Assembly (NCBI GenBank): GCA_034780895.1
Contig: JAUZTB010000076.1
Coordinates: 92,888,610-92,952,609, forward strand
Direction of reading: 5' to 3'
Origin: Rhynchobatus australiae
Lineage: Eukaryota
DNA: 64,000 nucleotides
Shown: piece by piece, positions 1 through 11,914 of the stretch
Layout of the letters: every line of letters begins with the position of its first letter
Numbering within the stretch: position 1 is the first letter of the stretch
Notes under the pieces: generated by a model
Databases searched by the model: none
What the model was told of the DNA's origin: nothing
What the model saw: only the letters and a program-made list of their open reading frames with translations
Position numbers and translations under genes: made by a program

Positions 1-1639
1 GAGATATGAGCCAAATGGTCCTGTGAAACACAAATGGGCATCAGTAAACAGGTTATTGACATAAAAAATGCTTTTCACAGATAAATGATGAGCATGAAAT
101 ATAGCTGAATCCTGCATTCATTTCTTAATTGTTTCAGAGTTTCAAAATAACAAGACTGTGTGGTACATTAAAATTTGATAATTTGGTCAGGTACAAGCTT
201 TTTCAAGCCTTTATTGGAATGATGATGAAATAGGGTGGTACTTTAGTCTGCCTTTTAAGATTTGAAAGACAGCTTTGTACTTTGTGACAACTATCATGAA
301 ATCCATTACTCCGGATCACCCAAATCTATTGCTCAAGCTGTGAAGTAACATTAACTGTTAATTTACCTCAATCCACAAATTAATTTAAAAAAATCAGACA
401 AGACCAAATTATTTCCAATTCCTAAGTGTAATTATTTCCAAAATTATTTCCAAAAAAAATTTATATTTTTTCATATAGTTCCCCCCACCCCTTGCTGAAG
501 CAGAATAAAATCCTTTTCTTCTGACACAGCAATAAACACTAAAACATAAACTTTCCCACTGTTTAAAAACCTGCAAGTTGCAACAAACAGAACCAATGTA
601 AAAATCTTTGGAAGACTTCATTAAACACCTTGAATCCTATAAGGAAAATGATTCAAGAAGAATGCCGAAAAAAATTCAATAAGTAGATTCATGACATTTC
701 CAGTGCAGCCCACTGAATTTATGAACGTGCTAAACTGCTTGGACAAAAAGTTACGAGCAAGTTGCTATTTAAGTTTGGTCTCTGCTGCCTCATAAGCTGA
801 AAGTCACTACCAAACTCTGTACACTTGTCAAGGCTATTTTCAGTTCAGTTTAACGGAACTAACAAGCAAGAACTGAAGTGATCTGCAGTCTGCTGCACAG
901 CATTTCCTGTATGATATGAGTGAGCGGTAACTTTGTCATCTCGACAAGCTTCCTTCTCTCCCCACAAACTACACGGCCGTTAGCTTAGCTCACCTTTTGG
1001 GTCAAACTGAAACAACTGCTGGGCAAGATAATCAACTGCAGCAGTACCAGTCTCATAACTGTTGATTCACTACAATAAGATCATATTTAAAGCAATGAAA
1101 CTAATCCCTTCACCGCCAACAGTGTAACTAAGCTACTTAAGTTAATCAGTAACACAACACCATGAAACACTCATACAACTCTCACTACACTATAGAGGAG
1201 CCTGTATAGAAGTTTGTGCCAATCGTTTAAAAAGTCACAATGTGACAAAGAAAAACATTCTTGAATTTTTGAGCTCGCTATAATTTACACCAGTCTCATT
1301 GGGATCAAATTCGAAACCGTATATAAAGCAGAAATATGATCTAGATTTCACTTTAATTTAATAAAACCAGAAAACTAAAAAAGTGATTGCAACCATTAAG
1401 TCTGTATTATTCAATGATGATGGCTCACTTGCTGACCAATAGATCAGAAAATTAGAGGTCTGAGTAACAAAGTATGGAATTGGTGTGCAAGTCAGACTGA
1501 AATTGCAGTGAATTACCAAGGAAATGCTACACTGCTGGGAATACCATTTCTGAAATGAAACTAATGTCACATCATCCTTTCCACTTAATCACGTGGATGC
1601 TGCAGAGTGCACAAAATTATCTAAGTATCCTCCTTCCAT

Positions 1640-1975
1640 CCAACCTGTTGAGCTCTGCAGGAATTTTGCAATTTTCAATGCTGTTTCTGCTCCTGCTTCT
1701 AAACACTGAAGATTACAATGCATAGTCTCCTCACATGGCAAAACTGCCATCCCAGGAACCCAGTCTAGTGAATTTTCAGTGCATCCACTCTGTGGCAACC
1801 ACATCATTTTTTTTTAAAAGATAAGGAGACCAAATCTGTACACAATATGTCAGGTGCTGAATCATCAAGGTGCTACATAATTTCAGTCAGACACCCTCAC
1901 TCCTGGACTCAAGTCCTCTTGTACTAAAGGCCAGCGTACCCTTTTTGCCTTCCTAATTGCTTACTTCACCTGCAA
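1640..1975 (-). mobile_element. Degenerate CR1-type LINE fragment
   Basis: Contains ataaggagaccaaatctgtacacaata, the reverse complement of the CR1 'YCVQFWSPY' region. Confidence 0.55.
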
Positions 1976-2064
1976 CAAAAACAGACTCAATGATCTGATG
2001 ATATTGTTGCATCTTCACCACAAAGACAGATGCAATCCAGCTAATGAGCATCCATTGAATGCTA

Positions 2065-2680
2065 GAACAGGAATAGACAATGAGCTTCTCAAGCTACTTC
2101 CATTACTCAATGTGATCAAGGCTGGCCTGTGACCTAACTCCATACATCGTTAATTCCTCTTATACCTTTATGGCTCTGGTTATCAAAAATCCAACAGATT
2201 TAATTAACATGGCATTCAATGGGTGATTGTGAAAGACAGTTCCAAATTTCAACCACCATAAGTGTGCAAATGTTCCAACTGCACCCCCCCCCCCCCAAAG
2301 ACCTCATTCTGATCTTTTGACTGTGATCCCTCATTCCAATAACCCATCATTGGGAATAATTTCTTCTGATTCACCCCATTAGTTCCCCTTAACACCTTGA
2401 AAAAGTGGATCAAATTATTCCTTTACCTTTTAGATTCAAAGCAATAACAACCTAATTTGTGTCACTTTTCCTTATAAACCAACTCTTAGAATACCATTCT
2501 AATAAATAATGCTGCACTTACTTCAATGCCAATACAACTTTGATAAGGTTTAATGCTCAGAACTGCTCTGATCAAAGTCTTCCAATTGTGCTCCATTCAG
2601 AGCTTTGTATAGTTGCAGCTTAAATTCTACTCCCTGAAATTAGAGTTCTTCAAAATTAAAGGCCTATGCACCATACATTT
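2065..2680 (-). mobile_element. Old CR1-type LINE 3' end fragment
   Basis: Reverse-complement similarity to the CR1 3' ends elsewhere in the window (e.g. 45760-46690); heavily decayed. Confidence 0.45.
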
Positions 2681-2689
2681 TGCCCATGC

Positions 2690-2850
2690 AAAATGCAGCA
2701 GAGGCAGGAAATCTTAAATTAAAACAGAAAATGTCAGAAATGCTCAACAGATCAGGCAGCATCTCTGGTGAGATTAAAATAGTTCATGTTTTAGATTGAT
2801 CAATCATTCTGATGCAAGGTCACTGACCTGACACGTTAATCCTACTGCCG
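2690..2850. mobile_element. Short dispersed repeat (gctcaacagatcaggcagcatct family; probable Penelope-like terminal repeat derivative)
   Basis: The same motif recurs at 15185-15285 (reverse), 54350-54445, 54905-54975 and 55675-55820. Confidence 0.55.
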
Positions 2851-3914
2851 GTCTATAATTCCTTGGTTTCTATCGTTTACCTTTTTAAAATAAGAATGAT
2901 TTTGGAATGGTGAAATCATTATGTTTGGGTGCTTTTCAATATTCTTACCTACTTCCATTAAAACCTTGAAACAGAAAGCACCTTAATGCAAGAGATTTGT
3001 AATTCTTTAGTACCATATTATTTACATTAATTTTTATAAATTCCTATCCTAGATCAGTATTAGTTTCCTCTCCAAGTCCCGGATGTCATCTCCNNNNNNN
3101 NNNNNNNNNNNNNNNNNNNNNNNNNNNNNNNNNNNNNNNNNNNNNNNNNNNNNNNNNNNNNNNNNNNNNNNNNNNNNNNNNNNNNNNNNNNNNCATCTCC
3201 TCCTTTTCATGTAAATATCAATGCCAAGTGATCATTCAACGAGCTTGTCATTTCTTAAATTTCATTAACAATATCACTTTTCACAATAGGCCCAAACTGC
3301 TCAACTATATTCTTTTCCCTGTATACCATCATGGAAGAAATATTTATTTATGTACTCCCTTTTTGTAGCTCTTATTATCCTTTTAGTCACATCTTGCATG
3401 ACTTAGTATTTTTCTAAGTCATCAGGACCTGCAATAGTTTTGGCTTTTTTGTACGTTTTGTGTTTGGTTTTACCTTATTCCTTAACTTATCTTCTTTATC
3501 ATTCCTTGTTCTTAATTTGGCAGAACACAAAACAATTCAACGATCCCAAATTCTTAATTGATAATACCGACTGCTCTATGTGGGTTTACTGATTAGTAGA
3601 TTTACAGTTCATTGTATAGTAGTCAGCCTAACCTGGATCTAGTGTCTTAAGTAAGCATTTCTTCATTTTACAAGGTTCATAATACAATACTTATTAGATA
3701 AACATTCACATACCACTGGGATGTTAACAAATTTGCCTCGATTCTCATCAATATCTACTAAGAGCTGACCCTTTGTTGGTTCTAGGATGTACTGTTCCAA
3801 AGTTTCCTGAACATACCCAAAAATTTCACTACATTTTAGATGAGCTTGTCTACTTTTATCAAATCTACTGAAGTTAAAACTCCAAATTAAAAGTGCCCTC
3901 ATTCAAAGGAGAAG

Positions 3915-5005
3915 TGAAGATGATGCGATGGATTCAGAATTGGCTCGCCATAGAAGACAGGTGGTGGTGGTAGATGGGAGTGTATTCTGCCTGGAGGTCG
4001 GTGACCAGTGGTATTCTGCAGGGATCTGTTCTGGGACCCCTGCTCTTTGTGATTTTTATAAATGACTTGGATGAGGATGTGGAAGGGTGGNNNNNNNNNN
4101 NNNNNNNNNNNNNNNNNNNNNNNNNNNNNNNNNNNNNNNNNNNNNNNNNNNNNNNNNNNNNNNNNNNNNNNNNNNNNNNNNNNNNNNNNNNNNNNNNNNN
4201 NNNNNNNNNNNNNNNNNNNNNNNNNNNNNNNNNNNNNNNNNNNNNNNNNNNNNNNNNNNNNNNNNNNNNNNNNNNNNNNNNNNNNNNNNNNNNNNNNNNN
4301 NNNNNNNNNNNNNNNNNNNNNNNNNNNNNNNNNNNNNNNNNNNNNNNNNNNNNNNNNNNNNNNNNNNNNNNNNNNNNNNNNNNNNNNNNNNNNNNNNNNN
4401 NNNNNNNNNNNNNNNNNNNNNNNNNNNNNNNNNNNNNNNNNNNNNNNNNNNNNNNNNNNNNNNNNNNNNNNNNNNNNNNNNNNNNNNNNNNNNNNNNNNN
4501 NNNNNNNNNNNNNNNNNNNNNNNNNNNNNNNNNNNNNNNNNNNNNNNNNNNNNNNNNNNNNNNNNNNNNNNNNNNNNNNNNNNNNNNNNNNNNNNNNNNN
4601 NNNNNNNNNNNNNNNNNNNNNNNNNNNNNNNNNNNNNNNNNNNNNNNNNNNNNNNNNNNNNNNNNNNNNNNNNNNNNNNNNNNNNNNNNNNNNNNTTTCC
4701 CCAGGGTGAAAATGGTTAACATGAGGGGGCATAATTTTAAAGTGATTGGAGGCAGGTATAAGGGGGATGTCAGGGCTGTTTTTTTTATATACACAGAGTG
4801 GTGAGTGTGTGGAACACACGGCTGGCAGAGGTTATGGGGGCAGATACATTAGGGAAGTTTAAGAGGTTCTTAGATAGCCACATGATAGAAAAATGGAGGG
4901 CCATGTGGGAGGGAAGGGTTAGATAGATTTTAGAGCAGGAGAAAATGTCAGCACAACATCATGAGCCAAAGGGCTTGTATTGTGCTGTAATGTTCGATGT
5001 TCCGT
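3915..5005 (+). mobile_element. CR1 LINE 3' part (RT to 3' tail), interior in N gap 4091-4695
   Basis: RT motif [24 protein letters not shown] before the gap; RGHNFKV and the tail gccaaagggcttgtattgtgctgta after it. Confidence 0.9.
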
Positions 5006-5144
5006 GTCAAGCAACTGAAGGTGTCGTTGAACAACACTGACTCATTTTCCATTCTGCCACAACCTTTCTGCTCCAGACCTCAGTGCAGTCCTTTTTTTTG
5101 CAGCGTGGACAAAAGTGTAGATCATTGATTCTCCTTAGCTGACT

Positions 5145-5465
5145 GGGGGCAGCAGTGGTGCAGCTAATAGTCTGCTTCTTCAGAGTTCCAGCAACCAGGA
5201 TTCAATGCTGATCTTCAATGCCATCTCTAAGGACTTTGCATGTTCTCTGTGTCCATGCGTGTTTTCTCTTGCTGCTCCAGTTTCCTCCCACATCCCAAAG
5301 ACATTAGGATTGGTAGGTTAATTGGCCCCTAGTGTGTAGTTGAGTAGGAGAGTTTGGGGAGAGTTGATGGGAAAATGGAAGAATAAAATGAGATCAGTGC
5401 AGGATTAGTTAAATGAGTACTTGATGGTTGGCCTAAAGGGCCCGTTACTGCACTGGATGACTCCA
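5145..5465 (+). mobile_element. tRNA-derived V-SINE (HE1-like) with CR1-type tail
   Basis: tRNA-like head (cagtggtgcagcta...ggattcaatgc), V-domain-like tttgcatgttctc...gtttcctcccacatcccaaagac, and tail ggcctaaagggcccgttactgcactg. Confidence 0.8.
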
Positions 5466-5857
5466 AACAATAAAAGATCATTTAACTGAGTACGCCATGA
5501 AGGAGACTTGACAAACTGAAATCAAGGAGTGAATACCCCACTGGCTTGAACTCTTGTGCTTAATGGATGCAAGGGCTCCTCAGGACAATATACTTTTTTT
5601 TGTTGATGGGATCATTGGTAACTTTGGCGATTATTTACCATCTATAATTGCCGCTCAACTAAAAGGCATACAGTACTCCAGATGTGATCTAACCAAGGCT
5701 TTCAGTAACAGTACAATGACATGATTAATCCTCCACTCGAATCGTCCTGCTACATAAACCAAAATACCATCTAACTTCTTAACTGTTTGCACTTGCATGT
5801 TTGCGTTTTGTGATTGCTGAGCAACAATTCTAGGTGCCTTTGTACATAAACACTTGT

Positions 5858-6155
5858 AATCGGTTTATTGTTGTCACATGTACCGAGGTACAGTGAAAAA
5901 ATTGTCTTGCATTACCATTCATACAGATCAATTCATTACAACAGTGCATTGAGTTAGTACAAGGTAAAACAATAACAGAATGCAGAATGAAGCTGAACAG
6001 CTGCGGAGAAAGTGCAGTGCGGGTAGACAATAAGGTGCAAAATCATAATGAGGTAGATTGTGAGGTCAAGATTATTGTACAAGAGAACTACTCTTATAAT
6101 AGCAGGGTAGAGCTGTCCTTGAGCCTGGTAGTATGTCTTTTCAGGCTTTTTTTAT
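5858..6155 (-). mobile_element. LINE 3' end (Rex1/Babar-like by recall), inserted in an older minus-strand CR1 fragment (~5540-6250)
   Basis: Reverse complement ends ttcactgtacctcggtacatgtgacaacaataaacc; a closely similar second copy lies at 18982-19103. Confidence 0.65.
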
Positions 6156-7249
6156 CTCCCATAATACACTGCCTTTCTTTTATACCCCCAATGGAATGGA
6201 TAACTTCACATTTATCCACCTTGTCACATTTCAACTTCCATAATGCCTTTATGCCTAGGAAATGACAAAGCAAATTATTTATTTAATGTTTGCATAGATT
6301 CCAAGCCAAAAAGTAACTTTGTGACCAAGTACACCTAATGCGACCTGCCAATAGGCTCTCATCCATCGTCTGTACCAGTTACAGGCTGAGTTATTAATGA
6401 GGTGGTAAAGATGATGGCACAAGAGATCCTGGAATAGTTAATAAGCATTTATGGACAATGTAGCAGGTTAAGTCCCGGCAAAGCACTGGGACCATGGCAA
6501 GATGGAGCAATGGATTTATGTCCCAACTCCAAGGAACCTAATATTTCTCCTAGGAAACTGAATTCCTCAAGTTCACACTTGAAGGAAATACTGTAATAAT
6601 CAGAAGCTGAACAAGTTAACTTCAAGCATGGTGCATTCAGGGAGGCTTTGAGATGTATTCTCTCTCAATTTCTTTTAGTTTAAATATCTTTTATGAATCG
6701 CAATTGCACAAAATAATTAAATCAAAATAAACCTGCCTGAAAATGACTCATCAAGAGATTTTCATTCTGTATCATATTTTGTTTATTACAAAAATAAGGA
6801 CACATAAGAATAGAATTTATACTGATCTATTTTCATTTTTAACATTAGAGAAAGTAATTTAGGAATTTAAAGTGTAACTGTTTTAAATTTACTAGAATCA
6901 GAAGTCCATTGCTGAGTCAACTGGATTATGCAGTTTATTTTGATGCAGAGAGGTGCTCTGGAATAACCCTGTACTGAGCGCTTAAGGATAATGCCTTGTA
7001 ACGGTTTCTTATGGGACTTCTGCAGCTTTAAAAGCAATCTAACCTGCCTAATATTGTTGACTTTTGACCAGACAGTTCTCATGCTTCCTTCCTGGAAATG
7101 TGATTTTAACAGTCCATTGCCTGACAATGGAGATGTGTCACATTTTCATTTCCCTCAGGAGTACACGCTACTTGAATTGGCATATGTTAAATACTATCCT
7201 TGGGACTGCTAGTTTCAAGGGTAATACCCATCTCTGCTAGCATAAGCTT

Positions 7250-8715
7250 GTTATTTGGTTTCTCTTTTTTAAAAAAGCATAAGCCAGTGAGTAAGAGAAT
7301 GTGCTCCTTCTGCCACTTATACTGGGCTTCTGCGAGTTCCTGGTAGATGGATTTGTGGTTCTCAGTGCCTCCCGAATGCTGCTCCTTTATTCTGGCCCAG
7401 AAACTCTTAAGAACTAGTGAATTATGCTGCAATTTTTCCCAAGTAGACTTTGAGAGTATTTTTGAATCTTTNNNNNNNNNNNNNNNNNNNNNNNNNNNNN
7501 NNNNNNNNNNNNNNNNNNNNNNNNNNNNNNNNNNNNNNNNNNNNNNNNNNNNNNNNNNNNNNNNNNNNNNNTTTCTCTGATTACCCAGTAATAGCTTCCT
7601 GCAAGTAGCTCGGAATAATGTCCCTGTTTCAGGCTTGTGGTTTTGGGCACAAGGACAATGTGGCCTGCTCAACAAAGCCAACTGAGTCAAAAAAAAGGCA
7701 ATAGTGCCAGGATTGTTGGCCTATAAAGAACACTTCAATTGATCTGTTATCCTTCCAGTGGATCTGGAGGATTGCTCGTTGGCAGAATCTTCCCAGTCCC
7801 TTGTGGTGCCTGGGGAAATTAGCCCAGATCTCAGAACATACTGAAGACAGGGATCGTTGCTTCCCGGTAGACCACAAGTTTTGTAACAGGTTTGAGGTCT
7901 TGATCTTTAAATCCACTTTTCTTCAGTAGGCAAATTGAAACTGATGGTGAAATTCATTATCAATGTTTATCTTTGCTGAGGAGTGGCTCACAAGACAGGG
8001 AAAATGGTCTACTTTTTCCAGGACCTTGTTGTGAACCTTTGTTGTTGGAGACAGTTGTATAACAGGGGCAAGTTGGTAAAGGATGTCTGTCTTGTGGATG
8101 AGTGTAAGGCCCATCCTTTCATATGTTTTAGTGAATGAGTTCACAGTGGCTTAGAGCTGGATGCGCACAAACGTAAGCATAGTTGGGATACCAAAGGTAA
8201 ATTGTTGAAATAGGGGTAACATTGGTTCATAGAGTTTTACAGCACAGAAACAGGGCCTTTGTCCATGCTCCATCAAGTACTTACCTACACCTATCCCATT
8301 TAACAACATTTGCTTCTGGAATGTCAGTTAATTCAGTTTCCTCAGTACTGTAGATTTTATCCATTTTTGCAGAAAACTTGGAAGTGAGGAGCAGCACAAA
8401 TGATTGGAAAAAATTGTCAGGGCAACGTCGCAGTCTTACCTAATATAGCAGTCTTCACTGGAATTAGCTTGGTTTTGACCCATTGGTTAGAATCAAAGCC
8501 TACATGCTACCATGAAGCAAACTGAAGATGGGGACAAATTTCCATGGGAACCAAATTTGAGGAGGGTGTTCCACAGCCCCTCCTAGTTGACAGAGTCAAA
8601 GGTTTCAGCAAGACTGAAAAAGACCATGCATAGTAGATGGCACTTCTCTCTGCATTTCTTTTTAAGTTGCAAAGTAAAGACCATGTCCACAGTGTCTCTC
8701 GATAGTTTGTCAAAC
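7250..8715 (-). mobile_element. RTE-clade (BovB-like) LINE remnant, interrupted by a short CR1 tail at ~8228-8310
   Basis: Minus-strand translation GLTLIHKTDILYQLAP..KVLEKVDHFPCLVSHSSAKINIDNE resembles the RTE RT C-terminal region. Sequence near 8600-8625 corresponds to the 'F.DL.KAFD.V' region. Confidence 0.75.
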
Positions 8716-8719
8716 ATAA

Positions 8720-9475
8720 TCATGATTTGGGTGATAATGGCATGATTCGTAAGTTTGCGGATGACGCCAAAATTGGTGGTGTGGTGGACAGTGAAGAAGG
8801 TTGATCAACTCAAAGTGGACCAAGGAATGGCAGATGGAAGTTAACTCAATAAAATACAAAGTGATATATTTTGGGAAGTTAAATCATGGCAGGACATACA
8901 CAGTGAACGACAAGGCCCTGGGGAGTGTTGTAGGCCCTGGGGAGTGTTGTAGAACCAAGGGTTTACAAGTAAATAATTCCCTGAAAGTGGTGACACACAC
9001 AGACAGACAGGTTAGCACTCTTGCCTTCATCAATTGGGGCATTGAGTACGAGTTGAGACATCATGTTACAGTTGTATAAGACGTTGGTGAGACTGCTCTT
9101 GGAGTACTGTGTGGTTGCCACACTAAAGGAAGGATGTGATTAAGCTACAGAATGTGCAGAAAAGATTCACAAGGATGTTTCTGGGACTGGAGAGCTTGAG
9201 TTATAAGGAAAGACTGGATAAGCTGGAACTGTTTTCCCTGGAGCGAAGGAGGCTGAGGAGTAACTTTATAGAGGNNNNNNNNNNNNNNNNNNNNNNNNNN
9301 NNNNNNNNNNNNNNNNNNNNNNNNNNNNNNNNNNNNNNNNNNNNNNNNNNNNNNNNNNNNNNNNNNNNNNNNNNTGTAGAACCAAGGGTTTACAAGTACA
9401 TAATTCCCTGAAAGTGGTGACACAGGCGGAGGTAGTGGTAAAGATATATGGCGCGTTTGCTTTCACTGAACGGGG
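8720..9475 (+). mobile_element. CR1 LINE RT fragment
   Basis: aagtttgcggatgacgccaaa (FADD), WQMEVNSIKYKV, and VQKRFTRMFLGLESLSYKERLDKLELFSLERRRLR; gap at 9275-9373. Confidence 0.9.
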
Positions 9476-10718
9476 CTTCTTTTTATTTTGGGTGGGGGTG
9501 GTGCTACCTTACAGTTTTTGTTTTGTTTTGGGTGGGTAGGGGCTGGTGTGGTGATGTTTAGTGTATTTATAATCATAACTGTCATAGTGCCTCAGTATGG
9601 TTTAATGAACCTGCTTTTACGAAACAGACTGGTTCATGGTTCAGAAGGTAACGTCAATACCATTCCAGATGCTTTAAGCCAGATTCATTTGTTGACCGTC
9701 ATGGTTTGTATACAATCTGATGCTTATATCCCATTCAATATTCTAGCTACAGCTGGCAATTTCAAACAAACAAGCAATCTTGTACAGAAGGTTTTGTCAT
9801 AATTGGGTGTCTATCATCTTAAGGCACAGAACCATTGTTTAGCTATAAAGTTATGGGGTTTGTGTTAGAACTGAAGCACATTTCATCCACAGCTCCTTCC
9901 TTGGTGCAGAATTATTGGAAGTTCGTGTAGCTGGGTACCTTTTAAACAGTCAGGTTAAAATCTACAGGGCTAAATGAAAGGAAGAATGCAAGGGTACAGA
10001 AGAAACTAACTCTGTTGAAACATATGGACTTGTAAAGATCCAGGTTTGATCCAGGTAAAGATGGGGGAAAAAAAAACTGACCAGATTTTATACCTACATG
10101 ACTATCCAATAAACACCACTGGAGCACAAGCAAGGGCATAGCTGCAATAAAATGGGATGTCAACATTTACTGACATGACTTAAATGAAATCTGACCCTTA
10201 GGCAAGGTGCCAGAGGGCCGATATCTATGGAATCATTCTCCAAGCATAGAATTAATGCCTTTTTCAAGAAAGTGAAGGTTCAATAAACTGCAAAAAAATG
10301 TATGCAACTAGACATTTTTATGTTGTTAAGTTTGTATGCACTACAAGATAGAAAATTTGCTAATGACCAGATTCTTCATGTTATTTTCTCTTTTTCTTCA
10401 ATTTGCAAGGAAAACATGTGTTTGCAGTCCATTTATGGATCCTCTCTAAAGTAACAGTGAATTGTTAAAAGACAAAAAAATTGTTCAAGTAGTTAATCAA
10501 TTACAACTCTGTTAAACAAAGAGGAGAAATTTCTTTTCTGTTGTACATGCTAAATGCATGATTTGCTCACGGGTGTGCATTGCATTTCTTCAATTCAAGC
10601 AATTTTCTTAACTTCTGCAAACACATACAAGAGAGACTAAATCTCTTTCCCAGGCTCTCAAAAGGGCACTAATGTCCTTTTCAAGAGTATAATTCTCCTC
10701 ATTTTAAAAGTGATTTAC

Positions 10719-10864
10719 CTGAAGAGCTGTTCACCATATTAGATGCCATGTTGTAAGTAGTGGTCTGAGGGTTCATCATTAAAGAGCTGTTGTTCATTGG
10801 TTGACTGTAGGGAGAGCTAGAGCCCATCATACCACTTTGGTTCATGCCAGTGTATCCAGCTTGC
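10719..10864 (-). CDS. ARID1B: ARID1B internal coding exon, 146 nt: (G/R)[48 protein letters not shown]
   Basis: Acceptor ctttctttttttcag| and donor CAG|gtaaat on the minus strand. The peptide closely matches the recalled human ARID1B segment [48 protein letters not shown] upstream of the ARID domain, and matches it better than the ARID1A equivalent. Confidence 0.95.
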
Positions 10865-11869
10865 CTGAAAAAAAGAAAGCATACATGGTTGTTTGCATAA
10901 ACACGACACAAATATACCAAGAATGTAAAGCAAGAGACAAAAGTAGATATCTGACAGCAGTAGCATGCTCCGTGATCAGTAACGTGGGGGAAGACTCCAG
11001 GGCTGGAGACAGATGCTGGATTGAAAGCAACAGTGTGGAACACCAAAGAAGAGCAAGGATAAAGATAAAGAATGAAAAGAGGTCAAGTGTTAAGCAACAG
11101 CAAGCACAACACTAGAACAGCATTAGTTAAAACAAACCGATTCCCATTAAGCTGTCACACATCACTCAATATCATTGCCAGTTTTCAGGAACATTTACAC
11201 CACAGAATTACCAGAACCATTGCAAACTGCATGGGTTTGATTTTTAAAATCCTTTTTCTATTTATGTCCCAATATATTGTACTTTAATATTATGTTTGTG
11301 TATTTATTATAGTTATTCATGTGAAAATATTCTCTAAGGAACACAGAAAACTAATAACTTGAATGTCACCAACACTACGGTCAGTTATTGAACTGGATCA
11401 ATAGCACTTGCTAATATGGATGATGACTTGGTGCAAGCTTTATTTGTGGTTTTAATATATACTATAACCCTTTATAAAATTATAATCAACACATTTCACT
11501 GGAATCCCTGAAGGGAAGTGAAGAAATTCTCCAAGTTTAACCAACAGAATTAATATCAGCAAGAAGGGTTTGTTGTAAAATACCCAGTTGTAACAAACAA
11601 AAGGTGAACACATTAAGGAATATTTCACCCTGTATTTCCGGAATTTCAAGATAGTGGACCTATTCTAATTTTGGTTTCTTGTAGATTACTGATTAAGGAA
11701 TATGTGTTGCCTAAAGCTCATGCTGTTACTCGTTCATAAGAGCCATTTCTTTTACTTTATAAACAGATTTCTACAGAGGAAGCAGAAAAAGATACATCTT
11801 CCCTTTCAAGTTACTTTTAAAGTATTGATTCAAGGTCTATTCTCAAACACCATGCTGTGGAAGCTGTCA

Positions 11870-11914
11870 CTTCACCTCCAACTTACAATTCTTCACCTCC
11901 AACTTACAATTCTT
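11870..11914. repeat. 21-bp perfect tandem duplication (cttcacctccaacttacaatt x2)
   Basis: Seen directly. Confidence 0.9.

Noticed and set aside
3899-4819. Long ORFs through N runs (also 36035-36617, 7187-7690, 13916-14239)
   Set aside because: Their length comes from translating assembly gaps.
5145-5225. tRNA-like sequence (also 48617-48690)
   Set aside because: Degenerate SINE heads continuing into the SINE body; no intact cloverleaf.
8913-8950. 19-bp tandem duplication aggccctggggagtgttgt
   Set aside because: Slippage duplication inside a dead CR1; only two adjacent units and no spacers, so not CRISPR-like.
1-10700. Expected next ARID1B exon (..GLADMM..ESKSK-like)
   Set aside because: No convincing match with splice sites found; probably left of the window.
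10865-11046. N-terminal part of the 115-aa ORF 10699..11046 (-)
   Set aside because: Intronic read-through. ARID1B similarity begins exactly at the acceptor at 10864 and ends at the donor at 10719.
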